From a virus (Duplodnaviria; Caudoviricetes): 57,551 nucleotides of DNA. Position numbers and translations under genes: made by a program. The notes under the pieces are model-generated. The model was not told the DNA's origin. It was given only the letters and a program-made list of their open reading frames with translations, and ran no database searches. The stretch lies in IMG/VR virus record IMGVR_UViG_3300020198_000019, positions 1 to 57,551 of that record. One strand, given 5' to 3'. Below are positions 19,676 to 30,646 of this stretch, in pieces (position 1 is the stretch's first letter; each line of letters opens with the position of its first letter).

Positions 19676-21100
19676 ATGCAACTCGGTCGGTGCTGTAAGT
19701 GCAACAGCAACCCACTCACCGCGTGCATGTATCGACACTTACGTGCTGTCGGACCGTTGCCGCCGGAGTTGGGGTACGACACCGGGTTGTACGGGTGGGG
19801 TACTTTCACCTTGCGCCGTCCGGTCCAGCAGTACGGGGAGTTGGAGAAATACGCCAACCGCGTCGGGTATTACCTAACAATACCTCCAACCGCCGTACCG
19901 TTGGCAGGGGTCATATATGTCACGGCACAACCGTTCAGGTACGCCCTGCATTCTTGGGGTGAAGGTTTTTACGGCTCTTTGCAAAGGCAAGATAGCCCTG
20001 ACTTTTTTCCTGGGTACACTACTGTAGCAAGCAGGCACCCTCAGCCTTTTAACCACATAAGAGCACTAAGCAGTATGGGTAGCGGCTTGCTCCCGGACGC
20101 TGCCGACGTATCTCCTTTTCAAGTAGTCCCGCCGACAAATAAGTTTTTGGACTCTCAAGCAAACCACATCTTGAGTTTTCAGTCGGAAGGGCTGGCTTTT
20201 TCCCCGTTCTACAACAATTGGCTGGCTGCAGGTTTGTCGTTCCCGCAACTAGGCCAAGTGTATATTAACATAAAGGGCGTACAACAACTGCAGGCAACTA
20301 TACAAAACGGTATGACGAAAGGTAGGGTTTGGGTAAACGGTGTCGATGTAACCGGGGTAGTGGATTTAACATCTCCTCCGTTTGGTGGCACCGGATGGAC
20401 TGGCGTTCCGGTAAATCTATCAAGCGTTAGGGATGCAGAGGTATGGTTAGATTTGTGGCATACTGCTACAATCAAGCTGGCTGCCGGCGGCGGAGGGCCA
20501 ATAGACCAAATCGGATACATCGGGTCGTGGCCGGGCGAAAACATAGTATCGATCGGTAAACACAACCTGACAAATTCTTTTCAGGGTCTCCGCTTGACAA
20601 CAAGCGGCAACACTGTCGGGGGGTCCACAGAGTTTGTTGTCGGCGTGTCCGGGTTTGGGCCTTCAGGCTATTACCAAAACACGGGCCGTTCGGAAACGTT
20701 TGGCAACCCGGGCTTTTCAAGCCTTACGTACAACCAAGGTGAAGGATTTCTGCTTACAGCAAACGCCGAGATACCGTGCATTCGGGTAGTAAAGCCGATA
20801 CCCGGTGCCGTGAACGGGTCCTTGGCAAAAAGGGTTGTGTGGTACATGCCGCAGAACAACGACAAGTACGATCCTGTCGTTATGCCAAACGGTGTTTCCC
20901 ACAAACCCGGGCTGTGGAGCCAAAACGCCCCTACAACGTTCGTGCCTTACGGGTACGGTTTTCGGTACCAACAGTCATTAAATTCGTCTCCGACACAGTG
21001 GCTCGACTTCAAAAGCTCTGGCGATACTCCGCCGCAGTGGTCACCAGGTGACGCCGTTTACTCTGATTTTCCAACGTCCATTTTAGTGAGCCCCCCGTAA
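19676..21100 (+). CDS. Putative receptor-binding/tail tip protein
   Basis: N-terminal GRCCKC; aromatic/Gly-rich body with visibly lower GC. Confidence 0.55.
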   Translation: MQLGRCCKCNSNPLTACMYRHLRAVGPLPPELGYDTGLYGWGTFTLRRPVQQYGELEKYANRVGYYLTIPPTAVPLAGVIYVTAQPFRYALHSWGEGFYGSLQRQDSPDFFPGYTTVASRHPQPFNHIRALSSMGSGLLPDAADVSPFQVVPPTNKFLDSQANHILSFQSEGLAFSPFYNNWLAAGLSFPQLGQVYINIKGVQQLQATIQNGMTKGRVWVNGVDVTGVVDLTSPPFGGTGWTGVPVNLSSVRDAEVWLDLWHTATIKLAAGGGGPIDQIGYIGSWPGENIVSIGKHNLTNSFQGLRLTTSGNTVGGSTEFVVGVSGFGPSGYYQNTGRSETFGNPGFSSLTYNQGEGFLLTANAEIPCIRVVKPIPGAVNGSLAKRVVWYMPQNNDKYDPVVMPNGVSHKPGLWSQNAPTTFVPYGYGFRYQQSLNSSPTQWLDFKSSGDTPPQWSPGDAVYSDFPTSILVSPP

Positions 21101-21942
21101 TGGCAATCTCCGCAGGACTGTCTTCGTCTTGGTGGACAGCATCGGACTGGCTTAACCCTGCCAGCCCAACGTTTTCTTTGGCAGGCTCTGGCTCCGTCGA
21201 GTACGCGTGGTCCGCAGGGACCCCACCATCGACGTTTCCCGGAAGCCCTCTTGTATCTCCAAACGCGTACGGTATGTACGCACCGATCGCCGGAGTCACG
21301 CTCTACCTGCGAGTTGTCTCGGGAACAGCGACCATCTACTACGACAAGGCGGACGGCCCGACGTTCTCCGCGTCGTTGTCAGGTAACGCGTTTTCCGGAG
21401 GGGCGGGTAGCGATACTGGGTGGGTGCAGACGCCGACGCCGTCTGTCGGCTACGATAACGTTACTACGAGAGCGGCGGCAAACCCGTACGAGTTTGTGAC
21501 ATACGCGCATATACCGGCGACGGGTTTATCGGCTTCCGACACGATCGCGTTCGCGATCGCTGTTCTAAACGCCAGTTGGTTTGTGCCGGGCAGGACGATC
21601 CGTATACGGGCACTGAAGTACGCAGCGGACCAATCAGGGTCTATCAGTAGCTGGTCGTCTTTGATGGCAAAGACGCTGACCACGGCGTACGCTGACTGTG
21701 TGACAAACACCACCCCCTTTATGACTTTTGACATTAAATCGATCCTGAATGAGCTGCAAGCTGTATCGGGGTGGTCGACATCGTCGCCGGTGCAGCTCCT
21801 TATTCGCGACATCGGGTCTGCGGCTGCGGGATTAGACACTCGGGCGGTTCTTGACTTGTCTGCTGTTGGTGCCCGGATGGCGATAACGTTGTCCTCCGGC
21901 GGTGGGCCGACACCACCAGACCCGGGTTTAGGCGGACCCTGA
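21100..21942 (+). CDS. Putative virion structural protein (Ser/Thr/Gly-rich)
   Basis: TAATG coupling; FDIKSILNELQAVSGW resembles carbohydrate-binding-type virion domains. Confidence 0.55.
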   Translation: MAISAGLSSSWWTASDWLNPASPTFSLAGSGSVEYAWSAGTPPSTFPGSPLVSPNAYGMYAPIAGVTLYLRVVSGTATIYYDKADGPTFSASLSGNAFSGGAGSDTGWVQTPTPSVGYDNVTTRAAANPYEFVTYAHIPATGLSASDTIAFAIAVLNASWFVPGRTIRIRALKYAADQSGSISSWSSLMAKTLTTAYADCVTNTTPFMTFDIKSILNELQAVSGWSTSSPVQLLIRDIGSAAAGLDTRAVLDLSAVGARMAITLSSGGGPTPPDPGLGGP

Positions 21943-21949
21943 CAGCCTC

Positions 21950-21978
21950 TGGACACTGCCTGTTTCGGTTGGTACACT
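21950..21978 (+). promoter_or_regulatory. Sigma70-type promoter TGGACA-N17-TACACT
   Basis: Near-consensus hexamers with 17-bp spacing in the intergenic gap before GGAG RBS and ATG 22012. Confidence 0.55.
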
Positions 21979-22011
21979 GCGAAAAACCGTTTCCCTTATT
22001 TGGAGTTTGGC

Positions 22012-24930
22012 ATGCCTCCGCGACCGATCACTATGCTTCTGCCTGTTCCCGGAGGCGCCAGTCCGCCTAGACCACCGGTCAATGCTGCAGGTAAAGCCGT
22101 AAGCAAGGCTGCAGGTAAAGCCGCAAGCGGGGCCCCGCCAGCACCCAAAACCGGCACACCAAAGAAGGCGGCGAAGTCTGCCAGTACTCCCGCCTCAACA
22201 CCGGCGCCAAAACCCGCCACACCAAAGAAGGCGGCGAAGAAAACCCCGCGATCGCAGACAGCCTCGAAGGAACTGACCGAGGCCCAAATCCAAGACAAAT
22301 ATGCGATCAACATGCCCGGGAACCCAAGTCTCGATTTGAGCAATCCGGTCCAGCCGCCGACATCTGTCGCTCCGGTACCGCCTAGGACAACACCGGCACC
22401 AACGCCTGCGCCGGTATCTCGTCAAACTAATAGCCGCATGCTGGATTTCTTCAAAAACGCGCAGGGTTCATCCCGCAGTACTTCCGTCGACATGAGCAGC
22501 CCTGTTGATTCGGCAGCACCAGCACTGGCCGGTCAAACCCAAGGACAAGACGTTTTTGGCTTTGGTCGTTCCGTGCAAAACTACTTACAAAGACCGCAGA
22601 GTAACCCTGTCGCACCAGCACCAGCACCAGCACCAATGCCTGCGCCGGCAATGGCACCAGCACCAGCACCACCGCTAGTACCGCGTTTTGGGGGGCGGGG
22701 TGCTGCTTCGTCGCCCCCGGCAATGGCCCAAACGTACGGTCCGCCAGCACCACCGCCACGAAGCTACGCCCCTGGGATTCCGCTGCCGAGCGGGGCGAGA
22801 ACGTCCTCAGCGGGTTTCGTATCGCCGTATGGCGGTCCGGCAGGGGATTTCAACATGGACTTTAACCCTCTGCGGGATCTTGCTGACCTTGCAAGGTCGA
22901 GCAACGTAGGGGAAAGGGCCGCTTTGCTTGGCACAGGCGCAGCCGTTGCCGCCGGGGCGTACGGTTTATCGGGCGGTTCTCGTAACCCGGCGCAAACCGC
23001 CGAAACGCCTGGGCAGACATCCGCAAGGTTGCAGAAACTGGTGGAGTTTGGCAACACGTTGAGCGGCCAACCGCGTCAGGTATTATCTTCGGTGCCTTCG
23101 ATGCCTATGGTACCGCAACAGGGGTCGCTTCAGGGTTTGAGCCAAAACCCCGGGCCTCGTGAACAGTCTATTGCTTCCGGTAGCAACCCTTTGACGGGTA
23201 CCTCTCCCGCACCTGTATCGCAGTCTTTGTCTGGCGAAGATTATCGACCGAGGTTCTTGGGCTCATTCGAATCCAATACGCAGGCAGTACCCGGAGCCGA
23301 GCGGGTCTCCTTTTCTTACACCCCTCCCGAGCGGCGGGCTCCGCACCTTTTATCTTTGGGTGCGTTTGGGGGTCCGGCTGCAGGTCTAGCCAGTGCCGTC
23401 CAGACAGGTCAAAACCTGGCAGGGTTTGCTGAGGAGGACTTGCGTAGGGGGGTGTATAGAAGCACAAGAGCAACCCCGGTCGGACAACGCCCGCAAGTTA
23501 CGCCACCCCTCGGACAAGCCCCATACCCGCCGGCGGACACCATCGACGCCCTGGTTTCCCAGTCTCGCTTAGCCAATCCAATACCTCAACAGGGTGGAGT
23601 ATATCCGCTCGCTCCTCCGCAAGGGGAGTATCCCGCCGTTGCGGGAGCGAGAGCAGAAGCAAGCAATCGGTACGACACCCGAACACGCCTGGGCGGAGAG
23701 TTTACCCCCGGCACAGACGCCGTCGGGGCTGACCAGATGGCACGCATCCGGGCAAACGAACAGTATCGCCAAGGCTCTATGACCACACCGGGCGGGCTCG
23801 TTAGCCGGTTTGGGCGTGGCGGTCCAATGGGGTTGGATGCTCTGGCAATGGCTGATGCCGAGAGGCAATATGAACAGCAAGCCCGTCTGCAGGCCCGAGT
23901 ACGGGCGGATCAGGACTTGATCAACGCGTCTAACCCGCTGACTGAACAAGGTGCGGCAAACGTTTCGCAGGGGTTCATACCCGCTGCGACGGATGACCCG
24001 TTCCAACGTCAGAGCCGAACGTTTGCTTTTCAGCGGGAAGCCAACAGGTCAGCGGCCAACCCTCTCGGCACAACCGGCACAAACCAGCTCGGCATGCTGC
24101 GCATGATGCAGGCTCAAGCCGCAGCGCAGGGTGGATCGTTGAGTGAGGGGGACGAGGCAACACTCAAAGCTCTGAAGAGTCAACAGGAAGCACGGGATAG
24201 GATTAAACAAAGCTCGGAACGGCGTGAGCTGGTGCGCGATGCCTTACGAGAGCGGGGTAACCGAAGAGAGGACCAGGCCTTTTCGCGATACCTCAAGCAG
24301 GGGTACAGCCCGACAGATCCGTTCCTACAGCAGAGGTTCCCGGGCGCTGTGCAGCGGTGGGCGGATAGGTTGCCTCCGGGCCAGCGAAAACTGTACGGGT
24401 ACGACGATCAGGCCGGTGCTTCGCAGGACATGACGAGCCCGCTGAACGAGGTCACAGTCGGGGGCCAAGTATCTCCCGATCAGGTGTTGGAGGCAAACAC
24501 GTTTATTCAGGCGGTACACGACCCGACACAGTCTTTGGACAGCATCCCCGGCGGCGCAGTGTTTGACGCCATAGCGACCCGCTCTCGTGTTGGACGTGAA
24601 TACCTTGATGTAAGCACCATAAACGCTCAGTTGGAGCAGGGTTTAGCGGACGACTTGATGCGTACGCCCGGGTCTTTGGTTTTGGGGGTGGATGAACTGA
24701 AGGCGTTAAAAACGTACGCCCAAGCTAACTATGCTGCCGGAGGACTTCAGCAAGAGGCAATCGATTCGTCGCCGGCTCTAGTCGCTTTGCTGGGGGTTGA
24801 TTTAGACGGGCTTTCTCTTCCAGAGGTTATGCAGAAAATGCGAGAGACCGCGGCGAAATACAAGCAGAGAACAAAAGGTATCCCATCTGACGGTATGAGC
24901 TACGAAGGCACCGGCGCAACGCTTTTCTGA
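22012..24930 (+). CDS. Large low-complexity protein, putative internal virion/ejection protein
   Basis: About 970 aa; PKKAAK repeats, Pro-rich tract, helical C-terminus. Confidence 0.6.
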   Translation: MPPRPITMLLPVPGGASPPRPPVNAAGKAVSKAAGKAASGAPPAPKTGTPKKAAKSASTPASTPAPKPATPKKAAKKTPRSQTASKELTEAQIQDKYAINMPGNPSLDLSNPVQPPTSVAPVPPRTTPAPTPAPVSRQTNSRMLDFFKNAQGSSRSTSVDMSSPVDSAAPALAGQTQGQDVFGFGRSVQNYLQRPQSNPVAPAPAPAPMPAPAMAPAPAPPLVPRFGGRGAASSPPAMAQTYGPPAPPPRSYAPGIPLPSGARTSSAGFVSPYGGPAGDFNMDFNPLRDLADLARSSNVGERAALLGTGAAVAAGAYGLSGGSRNPAQTAETPGQTSARLQKLVEFGNTLSGQPRQVLSSVPSMPMVPQQGSLQGLSQNPGPREQSIASGSNPLTGTSPAPVSQSLSGEDYRPRFLGSFESNTQAVPGAERVSFSYTPPERRAPHLLSLGAFGGPAAGLASAVQTGQNLAGFAEEDLRRGVYRSTRATPVGQRPQVTPPLGQAPYPPADTIDALVSQSRLANPIPQQGGVYPLAPPQGEYPAVAGARAEASNRYDTRTRLGGEFTPGTDAVGADQMARIRANEQYRQGSMTTPGGLVSRFGRGGPMGLDALAMADAERQYEQQARLQARVRADQDLINASNPLTEQGAANVSQGFIPAATDDPFQRQSRTFAFQREANRSAANPLGTTGTNQLGMLRMMQAQAAAQGGSLSEGDEATLKALKSQQEARDRIKQSSERRELVRDALRERGNRREDQAFSRYLKQGYSPTDPFLQQRFPGAVQRWADRLPPGQRKLYGYDDQAGASQDMTSPLNEVTVGGQVSPDQVLEANTFIQAVHDPTQSLDSIPGGAVFDAIATRSRVGREYLDVSTINAQLEQGLADDLMRTPGSLVLGVDELKALKTYAQANYAAGGLQQEAIDSSPALVALLGVDLDGLSLPEVMQKMRETAAKYKQRTKGIPSDGMSYEGTGATLF

Positions 24931-24954
24931 TAGCCTTTATCAGGCAGTAACGTA

Positions 24955-27900
24955 ATGGCCACGATTCGCGAACTGTTATCTCGGGCGCCTGCGGCTGGCG
25001 TAAGCCAGCCGCAAACCTCGGCAGACGATACAGTACCGGGACTGCTCTCGCAGATTGGGTCCACCGGCCTCGGGGCCGTCGCGACTGTTGGCAATTTCCT
25101 GGACCTGCCCGGCAGCTCTGTGCGCGACCTGCTTGCCGGCGAAAACCCGGTCGATCAATGGCTCACGCCTTTCAGCGCAGAGAACCGCGTCAGCGGTCGC
25201 GACCTGCTCGAGCGGTACGGGATGCGGGCTAACCGGGAAACCGGTATCCTCGGTTGGCTGAAAGACCCCGGCGAAGGCCTGCGGGATTTGGCGGGGTTTG
25301 CTGCCGAAGTCCTGACAGACCCGTTCGGGCCGGTGGGGGGAGCCCTTGCGAAAGTCACTGGCTTAACCCGTGCCATGCAGACCGCACGTACTGCTGCAAC
25401 CGCGGCGCAGCGAGCACAAGTGCCGCTGATCCTGCAGCGTATGCCGAAGATGTCTCGACCCGAACAGACACTGCACCCGTTGGTGTACGGTCTCGGCGCC
25501 GCGGCTAAGGCGGCGTTCGACCCCCTGTCGCCAACGGGGCGGGATGCTCTGGCGACGGCGTTCAAAAGCGTGAAGGGTAGAGCACGGGCTGTGTTCGACA
25601 AATACGGCTGGGGCGTCACCGATCCGTTGATACAAGATGTTGCGGCAATGACCCGCGAAAGTTTCCGGGCGATATCAGATAAAGAGACCGCAGACATTGC
25701 GGGCTTTTTCTTGCAGACCGAACGGCAGTACGGACTGAAGTTCCGCACAGACGACGCCGTGGACTTCCGGGTTCCCGGAAACGAATTTGTTGAGGGATCT
25801 CCTGCGAGGGTTGAGGCAAACAAGCGAGCTGTCCGAAACTATCTGGAAAACCCAGAGTACAGAGATGCGGTGAACGCTGCCTTGGGGCCAACACCGGCGT
25901 CTGGAAAATCCCTGCCGTTCGTGCCGTTTGATAACCGGTCCACGTTTGACACTGGCGACTATGTGACGTTTGTTGGGTCCTCGGATTTGCGGCAGGTGGA
26001 GTCCAGCCTCCGACTACCTGATGGCCGTTGGCGTGTTCGGCTGCGGGGCTCTGCGGATGAGGTTGACCCGGAAAGATTGGTCGCCAAGTTTCGTGCAATG
26101 GATGTTCTGCTTCCCGCAGAAGCGTATCGATTCCTCGACAGGGTGATAGCGAAGAACGCGGCGGCGCGGGCCGAAGCGGTAGACGCCGGATGGAACGTCC
26201 CCGACCTGTACGACCCGTACATAGAGCACATGCCGCGACAAAAGTCGGACGTAACGCGAACCGGTGAGGTACTGACAGGGCAGTCCCCGCAAAGTTTTGC
26301 CAAACCCCGGCAAGGCGTTGCCCAGGCTTTGCAGGTATCGGGCGGGCGGGAACAACTGTTGTCCGGGTTTCGAGAAGGCACGCCGGGGGTTGAAAAACTT
26401 TTTCGCGATCCCGAGTTTGAGCAAATCGTCCGGGAGTACTTGCCTCCGAGCCAAGGCGGGACCGGCACGCTGGTGTCAGACCCGACACTGGATTCGCCTT
26501 CCCGCGTAAACGACATCGGCGGTATGCCCGTGGTCGGTCGCAAGCACGTCGAGGATATTGCCGACCTGTTGGGCAAAGACCCCGATGAGTTGTGGGCAGA
26601 GCTGTGGGAGTTGGCCGGCGACCGACGCCCGGACCGGTTTGTCGGGCAGCCCTACTCCGGCCCCCTCGGGCCAATGTTCTCCGTGTCTGACAAAGGTTTG
26701 TGGGACGGGGTCAGCTCGTCATACCCAACAACTGCGGCGTTTGTACCTCCGTCGATATTGCCGACAAGCACCGAGGTTGTACTCAACCCGGGCGAGATGT
26801 TTTCCATCTCCGCGTCAGGGGCATTTCCTCTGTACCGAGCGATCACTCCCGACTCTTCCGACGTTGTTGACGCCTACCTTGCAGCACTGCGAAAATCTCC
26901 CAGCTACTTCAGCGCTAAGGGGATATCCTCTGTACGTGCGGTTGACGTGCCCGCAGGTGTCGGCGACGTCATATACCGCAGGCTGGGCTTTGACCCGCTG
27001 CCGGCCCGCTCCGGTTTAGCCGGGCATGAGGACTGGGTCAAGTCAGTACATAACAACCCGGTTGGTCAAATCACCTCGACGGTCGACAAACGCTTTGTGT
27101 TTCCGATGGCGTTGGAGCGGGGTCTGTACGACAAAGTCATCGCCCGATACCTCGACCGGTTGCATACTCAAGGCGTGCCGGTGCTGCCGCACTCGGCTAT
27201 GACGCAATTTGTGTTTGGCCGGACGGCAATGTTCAATCATATCAACAGCCCCCGCCTGACGGGTGCAGCGTCAACGCCGGTTTTACCGAGCGTGTACCTG
27301 GACCACTACATCCCAGACCCGGCAACAGGTCTCGCAGCACCGGTCGCCATAAGCCACACGCTGACGCCGGGTGCAAGTACCACAACGCCTTGGAACACTA
27401 TCCCGTCCAGCACGGACCCCGCGTTTTTGAGCTGGGCTACCGTGAACGGAGTGAACCTGTCTTCTCCGGACATGGTCACTTTACTGGCTAAAATAGACCG
27501 CAAAGTGGACCCCGACGCTATCGGGTACTACGGGATGCACAAAGGGCGACCGTACGTTGTGCAGCCCGCGCTTCGCCCGCGGATTACGCACCCTGCGATA
27601 ATGGGGCACCTCAACGCCAGGATGGATACTCTGACAAAAGAGAACCCTTTACTGCAGACGGATATTGTGCAGGATAGGTTCGAGTCGCTCATCGGCAGTA
27701 AGTACGGATCTGCGGGATTGGTTGATGAGTGGATGGCGGTGCCGGATAATACCACGAAGGGTTTTATCGCCCGCAACGCGGACGGTACGCCGCTGAAAAA
27801 CCAATCTGACGCCCTGCTATCGATGTCGCGACCGCATTGGGGGCGTGCCGTAACCTCCGTCATTGACTTGTGGGATAAGACACAGCGCACTATCGCCGGC

Positions 27901-30483
27901 GGGCTCGACGTGCAGGTCAGTCACTTCCTTGACGAACTCCGACGAAGCCCGTCACTGCACTCCGCCTTTCGGTTTGACACTAAAGCCATGCAAGGCCTTG
28001 GGGTTCCGCAAGTGACGCTGGGGCTTCTTGACACCGTGCGGTCTGATATCAACAGCGCGATATCGGCGGGGATTGTCCCGGGGATTGTAGATGAAATACC
28101 CTTTGATCACACAATCGAGGTGGTGTCTCGGTACAAGGGGTTAGCTTATGAGTTGGCGGAGCTTCCGTTACGCCGGCTGACCGGGCTGTTCGGCAACGAT
28201 CCGCTGGTTGACGCAGCGGATGGTATTTCAAAACTGCGGATGCAGACGTCGTACATTAACGGTGCTGTTGGGGCGCTGACAAACCTGTTCAAGGCACAGG
28301 CTCCTACAGTGTACTCGACAAGGACGGACATTCCCGGGGCGGTACGCCTCAGAGACTGGCTGTACCCGCCGGAAGACGCGCTGGGGCAAACACGCCGGCA
28401 GGGGTTGTGGCCCTCGAATCTTGTCGCCGGTACGTTCCTTGACAACCTACTGCGAAGTATCCTCGAGAGCCGTGTTTTTGGTGGCACGATGGATATCACC
28501 CCCGCGGATGCGACCAAACTCTTTGTCGATACGAAGCCCCCGTACAAGTACTCTTTAGACAGCTCGGCGATGTTTGTCGACGCCGCAGGCAAACCCTTAG
28601 ACGGGGGAGCCTTGGAAGAGGCGAGAAAGTTCGCGCATGAAAAACTTCTGGAGATGGAGTTACCTGCGGATCAGGCCGAACAGTTGCGTACCTTCACGGA
28701 GACCCCAATGGCGGCACAGTTGCCGGAGCTTGGGGCTTTCCTGCAATCAACAGCTAACTTGACGGGCGCGCTGAAGTCCGGCTATTTGTTGTCTGTTAGC
28801 ACGGCTGTACGAGACGCGCTGGGGTCAGCAATCAACGCGTATCTGATGGGCGGGGCAAACCTCGGGGTCGTGGCTAAGTACGCCAAGGACGGGCTGAACT
28901 TCGCTCGTGGAGCCCCGATCGATCCGACGACTATCACAGGTCTTCGAATACCGGAGATAGACCAGTACCTTGCCAGAAACGGTATGCAGGACACGGCCAC
29001 AGACAGGGGCCGGGCTTTTCAGGCTCTGTTCGCAGCACATCACCGAGCCCCGTACCGACACGCCAGCACGATGAACGCGGACGTTGACGCGCAGGCGATA
29101 TCAGGGTCCGCCGAAGCTGTTATGACCGCTGTGCCCGGGCAAGGTGCCGGACAAGTGCGAGGTGGAGCAGGTGCTTTGGCAGAGGCCGTTGTTGGTGGGA
29201 CGGCAGCGACCGTTGCCGATATCGGGGCCCGCCTGCGACGTGCTCGACAGACGCCTACCGGCGCCTCTCGCGGGGTCGTCGGCACAACGACAGGGGTTCT
29301 GCATGAGTTCTTCAATCCGATGAACGTAAGCGGTAGGTACGTTAATGAGCCGGCGGTAAAATCGTGGGAGGAAGCTGCAGCCAGCACCGGCAATTTAGCC
29401 GTGGCCCCGAAAGTGTTGCAGGGTACAGAGACGCGGACGGTAAGGTCGTCCCGGTCAAACTTCTTTGCCGAGTCCCTCAACGCGTTCCGCGGCACTCTCG
29501 ACACGACGACGCGGACGGCGGTGATCCTCGACTACCTGCGCCGGCAAGGCTCAAAGGCTAACCTGCAAGACGCATTCGCCTTCGCCGATCGAGTACTAAC
29601 GAACAACGACCCGCGGAACTTTTCACGGTTCGAGAACCAGTGGATGCGTACGCTTGTCCCGTTCTACTCGTTCCTCCGGCAGTCAATGCCGATGTTCCTG
29701 AAAGAGTTGACGTTCAACCCTGGTGGGCGGTTGGGCATGACTGTTCGAGCCACACGGTTAGCGCAGGGGGACGAGGAGGCTTACGTACCGTTCCACCTCC
29801 AAGACTCCGCGGCAATCCCGCTCGGCGTTTACGAAGACGGTCGGGCTAAATACCTGTCTAGTCTCGGGCTCATGCACGAGGATGCGGTCCGGTACGCCGG
29901 GAACATTTTGCAGGGTGACATTCAAGGCCTGTTGCAGAAAGTGATCAGCTCGACAAACCCGGCGATCAAACTGGCCGTTGAACTGTCCACTAACACCAGC
30001 CTGTTTGCGGCCACCCCCATGGGCGGCAGACGTCTGGATGAGCTGGACCCAAACATTGGGCGACTGCTGGTCAACCTGGGTGTTCAGGACCAGACCCCGG
30101 GAGGTAAAGCTCCGCCGTTCTTCTCCCCAACCTTGGAAGCCGTTGCCGCGGCCTCACCTCTCAGCCGCGTGCTTAGTACGGCCAAGATTGTGACAAACCC
30201 AGAGGATCGAACAACTGCTTTGGAAAAGGTCATGCGTACATTGATCGGGACTAAAATCGACACAATCACCCCCGAACAGACACTCCGGGAAATTCGGGAC
30301 AGACTCAACGCGGTCGAGATTGCCGCCGGCGCGAGACCGCTTACACTGGCCACCGGAACAAAGAACCTACGCGAGCGGCTCAAAGAAATCGGATCAACCG
30401 AAGAACTTCGTCGCCTCGAAAAGATCGATAAGCTGCTGAAGATCTTGCGCAAGCAAGAGCGGGCTCGGCAACAGTCACCTTGA
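24955..30483 (+). CDS. 1842-aa putative DNA ejection/internal virion protein
   Basis: C-terminal FENQWMRTLVPFYSFLR...NPAIKLAVEL pattern typical of large phage internal proteins; N-terminus paralogous to the 5403 ORF. Confidence 0.65.
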   Translation: MATIRELLSRAPAAGVSQPQTSADDTVPGLLSQIGSTGLGAVATVGNFLDLPGSSVRDLLAGENPVDQWLTPFSAENRVSGRDLLERYGMRANRETGILGWLKDPGEGLRDLAGFAAEVLTDPFGPVGGALAKVTGLTRAMQTARTAATAAQRAQVPLILQRMPKMSRPEQTLHPLVYGLGAAAKAAFDPLSPTGRDALATAFKSVKGRARAVFDKYGWGVTDPLIQDVAAMTRESFRAISDKETADIAGFFLQTERQYGLKFRTDDAVDFRVPGNEFVEGSPARVEANKRAVRNYLENPEYRDAVNAALGPTPASGKSLPFVPFDNRSTFDTGDYVTFVGSSDLRQVESSLRLPDGRWRVRLRGSADEVDPERLVAKFRAMDVLLPAEAYRFLDRVIAKNAAARAEAVDAGWNVPDLYDPYIEHMPRQKSDVTRTGEVLTGQSPQSFAKPRQGVAQALQVSGGREQLLSGFREGTPGVEKLFRDPEFEQIVREYLPPSQGGTGTLVSDPTLDSPSRVNDIGGMPVVGRKHVEDIADLLGKDPDELWAELWELAGDRRPDRFVGQPYSGPLGPMFSVSDKGLWDGVSSSYPTTAAFVPPSILPTSTEVVLNPGEMFSISASGAFPLYRAITPDSSDVVDAYLAALRKSPSYFSAKGISSVRAVDVPAGVGDVIYRRLGFDPLPARSGLAGHEDWVKSVHNNPVGQITSTVDKRFVFPMALERGLYDKVIARYLDRLHTQGVPVLPHSAMTQFVFGRTAMFNHINSPRLTGAASTPVLPSVYLDHYIPDPATGLAAPVAISHTLTPGASTTTPWNTIPSSTDPAFLSWATVNGVNLSSPDMVTLLAKIDRKVDPDAIGYYGMHKGRPYVVQPALRPRITHPAIMGHLNARMDTLTKENPLLQTDIVQDRFESLIGSKYGSAGLVDEWMAVPDNTTKGFIARNADGTPLKNQSDALLSMSRPHWGRAVTSVIDLWDKTQRTIAGGLDVQVSHFLDELRRSPSLHSAFRFDTKAMQGLGVPQVTLGLLDTVRSDINSAISAGIVPGIVDEIPFDHTIEVVSRYKGLAYELAELPLRRLTGLFGNDPLVDAADGISKLRMQTSYINGAVGALTNLFKAQAPTVYSTRTDIPGAVRLRDWLYPPEDALGQTRRQGLWPSNLVAGTFLDNLLRSILESRVFGGTMDITPADATKLFVDTKPPYKYSLDSSAMFVDAAGKPLDGGALEEARKFAHEKLLEMELPADQAEQLRTFTETPMAAQLPELGAFLQSTANLTGALKSGYLLSVSTAVRDALGSAINAYLMGGANLGVVAKYAKDGLNFARGAPIDPTTITGLRIPEIDQYLARNGMQDTATDRGRAFQALFAAHHRAPYRHASTMNADVDAQAISGSAEAVMTAVPGQGAGQVRGGAGALAEAVVGGTAATVADIGARLRRARQTPTGASRGVVGTTTGVLHEFFNPMNVSGRYVNEPAVKSWEEAAASTGNLAVAPKVLQGTETRTVRSSRSNFFAESLNAFRGTLDTTTRTAVILDYLRRQGSKANLQDAFAFADRVLTNNDPRNFSRFENQWMRTLVPFYSFLRQSMPMFLKELTFNPGGRLGMTVRATRLAQGDEEAYVPFHLQDSAAIPLGVYEDGRAKYLSSLGLMHEDAVRYAGNILQGDIQGLLQKVISSTNPAIKLAVELSTNTSLFAATPMGGRRLDELDPNIGRLLVNLGVQDQTPGGKAPPFFSPTLEAVAAASPLSRVLSTAKIVTNPEDRTTALEKVMRTLIGTKIDTITPEQTLREIRDRLNAVEIAAGARPLTLATGTKNLRERLKEIGSTEELRRLEKIDKLLKILRKQERARQQSP

Positions 30484-30646
30484 AAATGGTTAGTCTTTTC
30501 AGATAAAATAGCAACGAATGGATGGAACTGCTGTCTTCTAAGCCATTTCAAACAACCTTGGCTTCCTGCAGCCCGCATTACTGCCACAATCCCCCGTGGC
30601 GGTCGCCTGGTGCGGTGCTGCAGGGTTTTACTGGGAGTGAATTAGA

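Noticed and set aside
24955-30483. N4-like virion RNA polymerase reading the array hairpins as promoters
   Set aside because: No polymerase motifs recognised, and G-U pairs plus U tracts favour RNA hairpins; a structure search would be needed to exclude it fully
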